This document shows, one piece after another, positions 13,537-25,230 of a stretch of 64,000 nt of DNA. The position numbers and the translations under genes are program-made. The notes below the pieces were generated by a model. The model saw nothing but the letters and a program-made list of their open reading frames with translations, did no database searches and was not told the origin of the DNA. Position 1 is the first letter of the stretch. The number at the start of each line of letters is the position of its first letter. The DNA is from Octopus bimaculoides (Eukaryota), in contig NC_068987.1 of assembly GCF_001194135.2 (NCBI RefSeq), positions 38,240,562 through 38,304,561 on the forward strand. The letters are read 5' to 3'.

Positions 13537-14084
13537 TATGAGTGTGATTAGTGTTTTTGACATTTGACTCAGCACAATTCCAGTTTCAAGCCATTAACTG
13601 TTGAACTCTTCATTAGTTGTTCAGTACTCTATCAAATCAATAATATCCGTGTGTGAGTGGGCCGAAGAAAATAAAAACACAGTTATGTCTGCTCATAATA
13701 GTGACTTGGATGGACAGTTTCTGTGAGTGTGTAGATGAGAGAGAGACAGAGGACGAAGGAATGAATGAAAGTGTTAGTGACCATAATGTAGCTTTATGCT
13801 AGCAGGAACAGGTCACTTGTGTTGCAAATTCTTCCTATTTGATGGGTCTGTCCATACTCATCAACTAACTGATAGTGAACAGTACCTGACAGAAACACAT
13901 GACTGCATTCTGTTCTATCTTGTCTGTCAGTTGCCTCTCTGTCATTTGCTTCTGCCTGTGGCTACATGTCTCTCTCTCTAAATGTGGTCTCTTTTAGTAA
14001 ACTCCACAACAAATCTAACTGGACTAATATATGGTTACATCATTACTGAAAAATCTGGGAGTTATTCACATATTGGCCAGATAG

Positions 14085-14360
14085 GTGGTTCTCAACATTC
14101 TTTTACCTCTGGACCCCTTTCATTGCTACTTTACTTTGGTGTATTCCCATTGCCATTTGATGTGTAAAAACTAGTTTATAGGTATTTCTTTCAAAATTTC
14201 TATTTTGTTCATCACACAGTCACTTGTGTAGGCTGAACTATGTAAGACATTAGAAAATTAAACCTGACTGTTTCTTACAATAAATACATCTAAAGCAAAA
14301 TGTTTTCATGGACCCTTAATATACCATTTACTATTTTGCTTGCATGGACCCACAGGGTCA
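14085..14360. mobile_element. hAT-like MITE, truncated
   Basis: Starts ggtggttctcaac (cagtggttctcaac-type TIR) with repeated ggaccc subterminal motifs; second TIR not seen. Confidence 0.5.
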
Positions 14361-14437
14361 TTGCTGCAAACTCTTTTTACTATGTGGAAAGATTAGATAT
14401 AGATGTAATATATTAATAAAGATACTATTACCACTAC

Positions 14438-15060
14438 TATGCCTGGCAAAATGTTTAGCGGCATTTTGTCTGTCTTTACATTCTGAGTTCAAATTCTGCT
14501 GAGGTCAACTTTGCCTTTCACCCTTTCGGGGTTGATAAATTAAGGACCAGTGAAACACTGGGGTTGATGTAATCAACTAGTCCCCTCCCCTGAAATTTCA
14601 AGCCTTTAGGAGAAAGGATTATTATTATTATTATCATTAGTGTGCTGAGCAAAATGCTTGGCAGCATTTCATCTGTCTTTACGCTCTGAGTTCAAATTCC
14701 ACCAAGGTCAACTTTGCCTTTCATTCTTTCAGAGTCAATAAGTAACAGCTGAGTGCAAGGGTTGATGTAATTGATTATCCCTTTCCCCCAAACTTCAGGC
14801 CTTCTGCTTGTAGTAGAAAGAATTATTAAGGTGGCATACTGGCAGAATTGTTACCACGTCAGACAAAATGCTTAGCTGCATTTCATCTGCATTTACCTTC
14901 TGAGTTCAAATTCTGCTGGGGTCATCTTTACCTTTCATCCCTTTGAGGTCAATAAGTTCTACTCATGCATTAGGAACATTATAAGCAACTAGCCACCTCC
15001 TGTAAAATTTCAGGCCTTGTGCCTATGTAGAAAGAATTACTATCATCATTATTATTATTT
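14438..15060 (+). mobile_element. Three head-to-tail copies of SINE family 2, (ATT)n-tailed
   Basis: Three repeats of caaaatgcttag..ttctgagttcaaatt..gaggtcaactttgcctttca..ggggttgat..agaaaggattattatt. Confidence 0.85.
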
Positions 15061-15665
15061 CATATATACACAACAGGTTAAACTGTTGGAAAAGAAAGAT
15101 TTCTAACATCAAGCTACAACAAATAACCTTAGATGCCAAGAACCCTCCTAAGTATTCTAGATGTCCCTCATAACACTGTTTTCTGAAACTGTACTAAACT
15201 AGGTTTTATGCTTATTTCTTCTATCCATCTGTTCAAATCATAAGGGATAGTTCCTAATGCACCTATAACTACAGGAATACACTTTACCTGCACTTTCCAT
15301 AGTCTCTGTAACTCAGTGGTTAGGTTCTGGTACTTTGCTATTTTTTCTATACCTCCCATATTGACTTTCTCAGCATTTGGGACTGTAAAATCAATTATCT
15401 GGCACTTTCTTTTCTCTTTGTCTACTACTACTAAATCAGACATTCTTGTTTCTATTACTCAGTCCATCTGAAGGTTAAAATTCCACAATATTTTATATTT
15501 CTTACTTTCTAGTACTTTACTAGGATCATGTTCATACCATTTATCAGTGTGGTTAAATTCTCGCTTTGTACATAACTTCCAGTGGATTATTCTACCTAGG
15601 TTGTCAAGTATTTTCTTGTGTTCTTATATAATTCCCAATGAATTATTCTCCCTAGGTTGTTGAAA
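15061..15665 (-). mobile_element. 3' end of an R4/Dong-like non-LTR retrotransposon (restriction-like endonuclease domain)
   Basis: DNLGRIIHWKLC..KWYEHDPSKVLE..KILWNF..SDLVVVDKEKRKCQIIDFTVP..EKIAKYQNL..ELQRLW..IPVVIGALGTIP (ORF 15168-15443); ends in a (TAA)n run. Confidence 0.85.
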
Positions 15666-15699
15666 TGCTTGCAAGAGAACAAAACCATCTTGCATGCAA

Positions 15700-16090
15700 T
15701 AATTCAATGTCTGTGCATTAGAGAATTGTGGGACTGTGTGAAGCTGCTTTTGTTGTGTGTAAGACGAATGGTGAGGGTTCTCTGCCACTGGACATCAGGA
15801 AGTGTCACAGCCAGTTTGTGGGTTCTGTGAAAAACCAGAAGCTCAAAATTGGAATTTATGCTCTTTGGGCAAGGACCAGAGTGTCTTCACAGTGTAAGGA
15901 GTAACAGCCTGCAGTGTGGGGTTGGTTGTGTGTGTGTGTGATAAGCTGAGTGTAGTAAACCTTGGGCTGAACCATCAGACAATGGTGGTGAGAAGTACTG
16001 ATGGTGAAAGCTATAATGTCTGCTATGTTCATGGTGCAGTTCATAGATATCTAAGCACATATTTCCTTTCATGTGGGCAGGATTGGAAAA
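15700..16090 (+). mobile_element. Penelope-like fragment, inverted partner of 16099-16800
   Basis: Several blocks align to the reverse complement of 16400-16790, e.g. gtttgtgggt..tgtgaaaaaccagaa. Confidence 0.5.
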
Positions 16091-16098
16091 TTTTGCTT

Positions 16099-16800
16099 TT
16101 ACAGTTTAGATAGGTATCCAAGTAGCAAGAGTTCTTTAGTAATTATTATAATTTTTTTATTCACCAAACATTCCCTGCACCTCCTACTTCTCTTGAAGTA
16201 AGGTTTGCACCTTTCCAGTACTCTGTGCTTTATCCTGTAACCCATGGCACTTTCTTTCAATGGGCATATTTGCCTAGCTAGCACTGTGACACTTTGCTTC
16301 CCCTGGATATTAAAGGAGGATTTGTGGTTGTTAAATCTTATCCTAAAGAGATTTACTGTTGAGTTCACTTATTTCTGCATGTTTGCCTGCCCATTGTGAT
16401 CTTTTGACATTAATATTCATGGTACAGACTGCAACATGAATATAAATGTTAGAGCAGTCACTGCTAGTTCTTCCCACTACTGCAGTCTGAGGGTTGATTA
16501 TAAGGTTTATCACATCCAACTTATTACATACAAACACCCATATACATACTCACACATAAAATTAAGACTGACTACTTACACTATCTCCACTTTCTGCCCC
16601 TCCTCCATCAGCCTCATGTCACTTTGCACCTAAACCACAACCCCATTCTGCAAGCAATAACCTTCACATTGTGAAGTACTCCGATCTTTGCTTAATTGGT
16701 ATAACTCTAGATAAATTTTTCCTCCGAGGATCTTTCTTGGATATTTATGTTCTGGTTTTTCACAACACCCACAAACTAGATGGGTTTTTCTTCAAACTCT
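16099..16800 (-). mobile_element. Penelope-like GIY-YIG endonuclease fragment
   Basis: ORF 16099-16368 FRIRFNNHKSSF..TVLARQI..LK..IKHRVLERCKPY..RCRECL.NKKIII is typical of the PLE GIY-YIG C-terminus. Confidence 0.75.
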
Positions 16801-17060
16801 TGTGTGTGAAATACCCTGACTGGTAAAACTAGCTGAAATAGATCTATAATACAGTTGTTTAAATATTAATATAGCCACAAATGTATGAGTACCTGTATTT
16901 TCTGACTCATACTTTTTAGATGACTGTGCATATATGTATGTAGTTGACTGCATATGTATGTATGCAGATGACTGCATGCGTATGTAAATATATTTAAGTC
17001 AAAATATATGGATTCAAGTTATCATAAAAAACTCCTTAATCATATTTCTACAAAATATAA

Positions 17061-17430
17061 GTGGCTGTGTGGTAAGTAGCTTGCTTACCAGCCACATGGT
17101 TCTGGGTTCAGACCCACTGCATGACACCTTGGGCAAGTGTCTTCTACTATAGCCTTGGGCCAACCAAAGCCTGTCGTATATATGTATATATATATATATG
17201 TATGTGTGTGTATATGTTTGTGTGTCTGTGTTTGTCCCCCCAACATCGCTTGACAACCGATGGTGGTGTGTTTACGTCCCCGTAACTTAGCGGTTCGGCA
17301 AAAGAGACCAATAGACTAAGTACTAAGCTTCCAAATAATAAGTCCTGGGGTCGATTTGCTCGACTAAAGGCGGTGCTCCTTCATGGCCACAGTCAAATGA
17401 CCGAAACAAGTAAAAGAGTAAAAGGAGTAC
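17061..17430 (+). mobile_element. Full-length tRNA-derived SINE (family 1)
   Basis: A-box-like tggctgtgtggt, B-box-like gggttcagaccc, internal (TA)n(TG)n, tail gaaacaagtaaaagagtaaaa. Confidence 0.9.
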
Positions 17431-17828
17431 AAAAGAAAATGTCAAGGATTGTATAAAGTCATAAATGACAGTTTAATGAAATTTTAGCAATAAGAAAATG
17501 CAAATATTATGACAAATTGTTTCGTAACTTAGAAACATGTAGATAATTTGTATTATATTTAATAATAAATAAATTACTTAGATGTCAGCATTAATGTAAA
17601 AAATCCTTCAAAATAATACAGAATTTAAAATACATCCTCAGTTGAAAGAAAGTCTTTGATAAATACTAAATTCTCGACAATTGTTCAAGAACATATAAGT
17701 TTATATGATATAAATTATCTACATGTTTTAAAGTTACAAAACAATTTGTCACATTTGAATTTTCTTATTGTCAAATNNNNNNNNNNNNNNNNNNNNNNNN
17801 NNNNNNNNNNNNNNNNNNNNNNNNNATA

Positions 17829-18590
17829 CACAGAGTGTTGAGATTAACTTTGATTAAGTTTGCAGAAAAGGAAAAGTAAATACTATTTCCCATCCACAAA
17901 TAAAATTATTTTAAACAATCAAAAAATATCAACTAGATTATGGCTGGGATATCACAATTTCCTCAGAGGAGCTGCACTCACCTTCCACTACAGCCTCAAA
18001 ACAACTCTTAAACCTGGCAAATGCACACTTCACAGTGTCCCTAGAAAAATCTTCAAGCACCTCCTTGATCTTCACTACCAGCTCAGCCTTGATATTGCAG
18101 ACAGAGTGGCTGTGTCCTTCTTAAATGTGTTCCACACAAAGTAATCTATGAGATTACAACTGGGGGAATTAGGAGGCCAGAAATTGGAGCTGATGAAGTT
18201 GTAGAAATTCTGTGATAATCACTCTTGGCTCTCTCTGGAGGTATGGCTAGAAGCCAAATCCTGTTGCCACACATTTGGCCTTCCAGCAGCAATCCTCTTC
18301 AGCCAGGGTTTGACCATTGTTTCCAGCAGCTTCACATGGCCATCTGAATTGAGCCTAAAGCCCTGTTCATCAGCTGTTGGATGAATTCTGGCATGTGGAC
18401 ACAGTCAGAATGCATGCTGTGTTCTTGCCTGCTTGTCATGGCTTCATGGTCTCAGTTGCAGCTGTCCTTATCATGTCTTACAGCCTTTACATTGCTTACA
18501 GTGCATTGAGCAGCAGTCATGTCTGCTTTTTCATACTCAGCACAAATGACTCTGTTAATATTTGGAAACCTGATTCTGATTACTCAAGTC
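17829..18590 (-). mobile_element. Internally deleted DD37D (maT-like) Tc1/mariner element
   Basis: WQQDLASSHTSRESQE*LSQNFYNFISSNFWPPNSPSCNLIDYFVW has 37 residues between the second and third D; TIR-like cagagtgttgagattaactttg at the left end. Confidence 0.85.
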
Positions 18591-18591
18591 T

Positions 18592-19698
18592 TCATAGAAT
18601 TTGTCCTTAGTCTCATTTGGATTCGTCATGGTGGGGGCATAGGTGCTGACAATGGTGGTGTACTTCTGTCTGCAACAAAGGGGGAGTATCATTGTCATTA
18701 GGCGATCATTTATACCTTTTGGGTGACCGTCCAACTTGCCAGCGAATGTCGACTCAACTGCAAAGCCAACTCCAGCCTCTCTTCTCTCTTCAGGTCCACA
18801 TCTACTCCAAAAGAAAGTGTACCCTGCACCTCTTTCTTGTAGTTCACTTTCGCCCGGCTGCCTGGTTTCGCTGAGAGCAGCAATGTCNNNNNNNNNNNNN
18901 NNNNNNNNNNNNNNNNNNNNNNNNNNNNNNNNNNNNNNNNNNNNNNNNNNNNNNNNNNNNNNNNNNNNNNNNNNNNNNNNNNNNNNNNNNNNNNNNNNNN
19001 NNNNNNNNNNNNNNNNNNNNNNNNNNNNNNNNNNNNNNNNNNNNNNNNNNNNNNNNCGATGTTATATCTGGCGAGTTCATTTGCTATGAGTGCTGTGCAT
19101 CTCTGAGGTCTCTCCAACTCGTCTCTGTCAAGGAGCATACGAACGTTCCAAGCAGCGAGGATGAGTGGTGTAATCCTCGTTTTTTTTTTCTTTGTTCTTT
19201 GTTTCGACCGCAGTGTGTAGGGTCCCCTCTAGTTGTGGTAGGTTGGCTAGGGTAGGTGGAGCAGGCAATGTTTGGGACACCTTTTCTAGTCTGCTCCTCA
19301 TGCCATGGAGGTGAGCAGTGCGTTCCTAAATAGGACTGCTCAGTCACCCAGAGAGCTGCCGAAATCCACTGCTGCTCCAAGTCAGTGAATAGTGACCCTG
19401 TGGCCTGAGCCGCCTGTGTGCAGGTTTGTGGCTATGACTTCCAGTGTACCCACACCTGACGCTTTGTCGCATGCCTGTTGCCACAGGACTTTGGGATGAA
19501 GGGGTGGAAAGAAGGATGAAAGATGATTTGCGTGAGGAACCTTTGTTTAAAGTGAAGAAGGGTTGCGCATTACCGACCTCACTCTCTCTTTGGAAACCGT
19601 CTTAACCAGTGGCAAGACCAGATCAAGACGACTGGGGAGAGAACCAGTTGCAGTGAATGACCAAGATGTCCTATAGTGCCTCATCTTTCCCTATGCAC
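18592..19698 (-). mobile_element. RTE-clade LINE 5' UTR plus apurinic endonuclease N-terminus (inverted relative to 19699-20430)
   Basis: WNVRMLLDRDELERPQRCTALIANELARYNI|DIAALSETR..GYTFFW..AGVGFAV..INDRLMT..YAPTMTNPNETKDKFYEDL. Confidence 0.9.
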
Positions 19699-20430
19699 TC
19701 CAGACTCACCAAGGCAAGCGCTGCCTTTGGCAGGCTACGCAAGACTGTCTGGAACAGGAGGGGGATCACCATCATGACAAAGATCAAGGTGTACAGGGCT
19801 GTTGTTCTCACAATGCTGCTTAACGGCTGCAATGACTGTACAGTCTACCAGTGTCATGCCAGGAAGCTGAACCACTTTCATACCATACGCCTCAGAAAAC
19901 GTCTCGGTATAAAGGACAGGACAGGATCCCGGACACCGAGGTACTAATACGTGCTAACCTGCCCAGCATCCATACCCTCTTGATGCAGTCCCAGATTCGC
20001 TGGGCTGGGCACGTAGCTCACATGTCAGACAATCGATTACCAAAAAGATTGATCTTTGGCGAGCTGCAAAAGGGAAAGCGCTCACAAGGTGGCCAGAAGA
20101 AGCACTTTAAGGACACACTGAAAGCCTTCAACATCAACCATGCAACTTGGGAGCAGTTTGCTCTAGACAGAGAAAGGTGGCAATCAGCTGTCCACAAGGG
20201 TGCCAACACATGCAAGACCAATAGGATCGCTGGTGCCGAATACTGCAGACAAGCCACGAAGAACAGAGCTAACAACCCTGTAGCAGGTGCTACCATTCCC
20301 TGTCCACACTGTCAAAGACTCTTTTGGGCGCAGATTGGCCTCACTAGCCATCTGTGGACTCACAAAAAAAGCTCACCCCCACCCCAGGATGACTAGATGG
20401 TCTTCTTCGCATCGACGGACAAACTACTAG
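19699..20430 (+). mobile_element. RTE-clade LINE 3' end (RT C-terminus and zinc-finger-like tail)
   Basis: RLTKASAAFGRLRKTVWNRRGI..TKIKVYRAVVLT..QIRWAGHVAHMSDNRLPKRLIFGELQKGKRSQGGQKK..CPHCQRLF..IGLTSHLWTH. Confidence 0.92.
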
Positions 20431-21309
20431 CTCTCTCCAGTTCTATATTACAAAATAATCCTCTCAACATGTAGTTTTATAACAGTAAATTTGTCATAAA
20501 CTATCACTACTGATACTTTGAAGACCTAATGAAACAGTGGAAGACTAATTGTTGTGCAATAGCTACTTTTACCTTCCATCTTCAAATCCTTATCTAATCG
20601 ATAAAAATGTTTCAGTAATGTATTACAAGCAATAATATATTGCAACAGATTAATTCACTATTTCTTCCACCCCTCTTAACACAGTGTGTATGGGTCTTGT
20701 ACTTTTGCAAAAGAATTGATCATTTTGAACAACTGTAGTCCTGGAGTAAAAGCCTATTTGTACATTGAACCAGTAATATATTGTAGTCAACTGAATTGAT
20801 GATATCTTTCCGATGTGTCTCATTAAAAGCAATCATTATTTACTTATGAAATTTCTGTCTAATCAAATTACTAAGTATCTTATTGAGAAAGTAATAAAAC
20901 TAATTAGTAATTCTGCTTGTTTTAAGGGTAATTTTGGTTTCTTGTTTTCTGTAAGATTTGATTAAGTTTAAATATTTATGGATTCTTCTTCATTATTATT
21001 ATCATCATCATCTTCATCATAAATCTATTCTTCCATGCTGACATGCATCGGACATATAAAAGATTGATAGGCTGTTTCAAAGAAATACTTTCTGTAACCG
21101 ATGTATTCATTTTTCTTTATTCTAAAATATATTTTCAAGAAAACCAAGTTCAGTTTATTTTCATATTACAAAGAATATCTTATTTAATATAAAAATCTCT
21201 GATTTCATAAGCTATCTTCATTTTAAATCAAAGAACTGACATAAAAGACAAGAGAAGGAAATGGGCTAAAATTCTTTCATAAAGAAAACTATAATAATTT
21301 ATCATTTCC

Positions 21310-21638
21310 ATAAATGTTTGGCCCAGGTTGTAAAAGTTACAGAAGGAGTTATTGCAAAACTGGTTGTAAACAGGATAAGTCTGGATGAGATACAATTCAG
21401 CTTTGCACCAGGGAGAGGTACCTCTGATATCAAATTCCTAGTGAGACAACTACAAGGGAAGAACAGGAGTGAGTCCCTGTACTTAGTATTCACTGTTCTG
21501 GAGAAGGCTGTTGACAGAGTCTTTTGCATTGTGATTTGGTAGTTACTATGAAAACTAGTAGATGATTGACTAGTGGGGATCATACAAAGAGGCTATTATA
21601 AAGGACAAAATCACCAATGAGTACAGTGAATGGGGTAC
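21310..21638 (+). mobile_element. RTE-clade LINE RT fragment
   Basis: LDEIQFSFAPGRGTSDIKFLVRQLQ..LYLVFTVLEKAVDRV; same family as 48820-50140. Confidence 0.8.
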
Positions 21639-21697
21639 CTTGGCCAGACCAAAACCTTGTGAGTGGATTTGGTAGACAAATATTGAAAGATGCCTGT

Positions 21698-21730
<33 letters not shown>

Positions 21731-21965
21731 NNNNNNNNNNTGTGTGTGTGTGTGTGTGTGCATGTGTGTGTGTATTTGTCTCTCCCCACTACTTGACAAC
21801 TGGTGTTCATGTGTTTATGTCCCCATAACTTAGTGATTCAGCATAAGAGACTGAAAGACTAAATACAAGGCTTAACAAAAAGCACTGTGGTTGATTTGTT
21901 TGACTAAAATTCTTCAAGGTGGTGCCCCAGCATAGCTGCAGTCTAATGATTGAAACAAGTAAAAG
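21639..21965 (+). mobile_element. SINE family 1, 3' part
   Basis: ccttgtgagtggatttggtagac..(TA)n(TG)n..tgattgaaacaagtaaaaga. Confidence 0.85.
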
Positions 21966-21994
21966 ATATATGTGTGTGTGTGTGTGTATATATA

Positions 21995-22045
<51 letters not shown>

Positions 22046-22169
22046 ATATATGTGTGTGTGTATATATATATGCATATGTGTGTGTGTGTGTGTGTGTATG
22101 CATATATATATGTGTGTGAGTATATATATATATATAGTTGAAATTTATAGAAAAACAAAAGATGAAGAC

Positions 22170-22480
22170 AAATGTATGAACAACAAGCAGGTGTATTAGT
22201 TTGATGCTCAGGAAAGTGATAAGGTTTTCTACATTTTGTTTCCATGACTGGAATTTCTGCTTCAATTCTTTTATAGATTCTGCTATAAGAACTAAGTTAA
22301 AAGCATACAAAAATTCACAATGACAGCTGATTTTAAAATCTTCTATTATGGCTTGGGGACTATAATAAACAAGGTAGGCTGATAACTGAGTCATAATGTA
22401 CCCCATTCACTGTACTCATTGCTGATTTTATCCTTTATGATAGCCTCTTGTAGTTGTCTCACCTCTCCCTGGTGCAAAGC
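22170..22480 (-). mobile_element. Inverted continuation and partial duplicate of the RT fragment at 21310-21638
   Basis: 22398-22480 is an inverted mosaic of 21400-21419, 21441-21456 and 21585-21638; 22170-22397 reads QAIIEDFKISCHCEFLYAFNLVLIAESIKELKQKFQSWKQ (degenerate YADD region). Confidence 0.8.
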
Positions 22481-22662
22481 CTTGTGAGTGGATTTGATAG
22501 ACAGAAATTGAAAGATGCCTGTTGCATATATATATATATACATGTATATGTGTGTGTATTTGTCTCTCCCCACTACTTGACAACTTGTGTTCATGTGTTT
22601 ATGTCCTGATAACTTAGTGGTTCAGCATAAGAGACTGAAAGGATAAATACAAGGCTTAACAA
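22475..22662 (+). mobile_element. SINE family 1, local duplicate of 21639-21880
   Basis: Shares variants with the 21639 copy that other copies in the window lack (aaagatgcctgttg, gtctctccccactacttgacaac, cagcataagagactgaaag, aatacaaggcttaacaa). Confidence 0.8.
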
Positions 22663-22794
22663 TTTTTGTGATTAATAATATATTCTCGTATATTCTATCT
22701 TCTGTCTTTCATTTGTTATTTACCTAACGATCACTCTGAAAGTGGCCGTGCTTTACCAGTAAGCTATCAGGTGTAAATCATTCATTTTATTATC

Positions 22795-22837
<43 letters not shown>

Positions 22838-23099
22838 CTGTGTGTGTATATTCATCAATCATATAAAAATAGTTAGATTCTAAAATTAATATACGCATTT
22901 GAAATGGCATTAGATTAGAATAATGATGGAGGCTTTGGAAACCTGGTTGGTTTCCTGAAATTCTGGTGGACACATGAGCTAGATTGAGTACATTCTCACC
23001 AAAAAGTAGGAAAGATCAATGGTTGTAAATGCAAAGTTCTTCCCTAGTAAATAATGTACACCCCTGTATAGATTGGTAGTTTATGATTTCAGGTTTAGT

Positions 23100-23400
23100 G
23101 CTGGAAGGACTCAGAAATACAAACCAGTCTGGAAAATGAATAGTCAGATTTAAAGTTCTAATTAAAACATTTGATAAAGAGGACAAGGAGATACAGATGT
23201 ATAATTAGAGGACAGCTGGAGGGTCTTATGGAATAATTTACAGACTAGAACTGTAGCTGATGCAAAATGCCAGCCAGAGCAAGGGTAATGTGGTGGTGGA
23301 ACAGTGGGGTAGACAGGGCCATAAAAGCAAAGATACAGACTTGGAAGCATTGGAAAACTGGGGGTAATAGAAAATTATACTAGGTTACTAGAAGAGAACC
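23100..23400 (+). mobile_element. RTE-clade LINE fragment (EN-RT linker)
   Basis: PARARVMWWWNSGVDRAIKAKIQTWKHWKTGG; homologous to 48830-48910. Confidence 0.65.
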
Positions 23401-23744
23401 TAGGCAACATGTCTCTTTAGCAAGGGAAGAAGCAGAAAGTAAAAGATTTACAAAGGTTCTATAGTCTGAGAACTAGAGGCAATGAGGTGTTCTAGTTTGC
23501 ATGACTGCATCAAATAAAATCAAGGTGTTGTAGGAAAGAAGTAGTGTTGGATGTACCACTTGGGATATACAATACATAAATCCTCAAATCAAATCTATTT
23601 CAGCTGATTTCTTATTTAGCTGTAAAGAATTTCACTCCCCAACTATATCGGTTTGAATTCAGTCCTACTGCATAACACTTTAAGTATGTGTCTTCTATAG
23701 ACTTGTCAGTAGATTTGGTAGACAGAAACTGAAAGAAGCCCAAT

Positions 23745-23965
23745 GTTTATTTCAAATTTTGGCACAAGGCCAATAATTTCAGGGGAGAAAGTTGATTGCA
23801 ATGACCCTTGTGGTCAGCTGGTACTTATTTTATCAAACCCAAAAGAGACAAAAGGCAAAGTTGACCTCGACAGAATTTGAACTCAGAACATAAAGACAGA
23901 TGAAATACTGCTAAACATTTCACCTGGCATGCTAACAATTCTGCCAGCTCGCTGCCTTCAAAGAA
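23745..23965 (-). mobile_element. SINE family 2
   Basis: aaaggcaaagttgacctcgacagaatttgaactcagaac is the reverse complement of the family 2 core. Confidence 0.85.
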
Positions 23966-24037
23966 GCCTATTATTAAGAAATAAACATAATTGCTTGGTT
24001 GAATAAATAAACAATTCCATATATATATATATATATA

Positions 24038-24200
24038 AGGCACAGGAGTGGCTGTGTGGTAAGAAGCTTGCTTCTCAACTACATTTTCCTGGGTCCAGTC
24101 CCATTGTGTGGTGCCTTGGGCAAGTGTCTTCTACTATAGCCTTGGGCTTCTACTAAGCCTTGTGAGTGGATTTAATTGATGGAAACTGAAAGAAGTCCAC

Positions 24201-24231
<31 letters not shown>

Positions 24232-24393
24232 TTCTGTGTATGTCCCTGAAACGTAGCAGTTTGGCAAAAGTAACCAATAGAATAAGTACTAGGCTTACAA
24301 AGAATAAGTCCTGGGGTTGATTTGTTTGACTAAAAGTGGTGTTCCAGCATGGCCACAGTCAAAATGACTGAAACAAGTAAAAGAGTAAAGAGT
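24038..24393 (+). mobile_element. Full-length SINE family 1
   Basis: aggcacaggagtggctgtgtggtaagaagcttgc..aatgactgaaacaagtaaaagagtaaag. Confidence 0.9.
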
Positions 24394-24974
24394 ATATATA
24401 TATTACAGAGATGTACTTGCAAAGCAAGTGGCCTGATCTGAGATTGTGTGATGGAACGAAAACAATTGCAGTGTGGAAGGTGTTTATAAGCCATTTAAAA
24501 ACACACAAAAACCATTAGATTCACTTCATTTTGCCAAAATATTTTCGCAACCTGTTCACTGACAAAATTCCATGCTGCATATATATATGTAATATATACG
24601 GGATGGAGTGCTTCTTTGTGTCTTCTTGTCATGACATTGCATGATAGCTGTAAACAAGCATCACTATAATACAAACAGTATCCTTTATTTCCAGTTTCTT
24701 TTCTGTGAAAATATGTCCAGGAATGAGGAAGTATTATCTTTCTCGATAATAAGTGAGATTTACTGACAAGAATGTTGTCTGACTGCAGAATATCTGCTTT
24801 AATAAATTTCATCTGACCCATGCAAGCATGGAATATTGGACATTAAAATGATAGTGATGATTATCATTGGCTAGAAATGTAGCAACTACATAAGTGGTGA
24901 GCTATTAACACTCCTCTGATTTGCATATCCAAAGCTAGTAATTTGAGAACAGAGTAGAATGAATGGCATAATTA

Positions 24975-25230
24975 TGAAATAGTGAAACCACAAGTTCCAC
25001 TGAAATGGACATGTTGCAAAATTTGCATTCAACATACAGACTCATGCAATTGTTGAATGGTACCCAAAAGATTAGAAGAGACCACTTGGAAGACCTCTAA
25101 GACAATGGAAAGATGAAATAGTTAAATAATTTGGGCCTAAATAGAAGGGATGGGTGCAATCAAGGGAAGAACAGATGTGCATGATGACCAGTTGTGTATC
25201 AGGACATCTGATAGTCTGATAAAAAAGAAA
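24975..25230 (+). mobile_element. RTE-like LINE 3' fragment
   Basis: GHVAK..THAIVEWYPKD*KRPLGRPLRQWKDEIVK*FG, an RTE RT C-terminal motif. Confidence 0.7.

Noticed and set aside
17061-17130. tRNA-like A and B boxes
   Set aside because: These are SINE heads; no complete cloverleaf is present
22725-22800. ctaacga..GAAAgtggcc and ctgatag motifs resembling a hammerhead
   Set aside because: The cores are degenerate and no consistent stems I-III could be built
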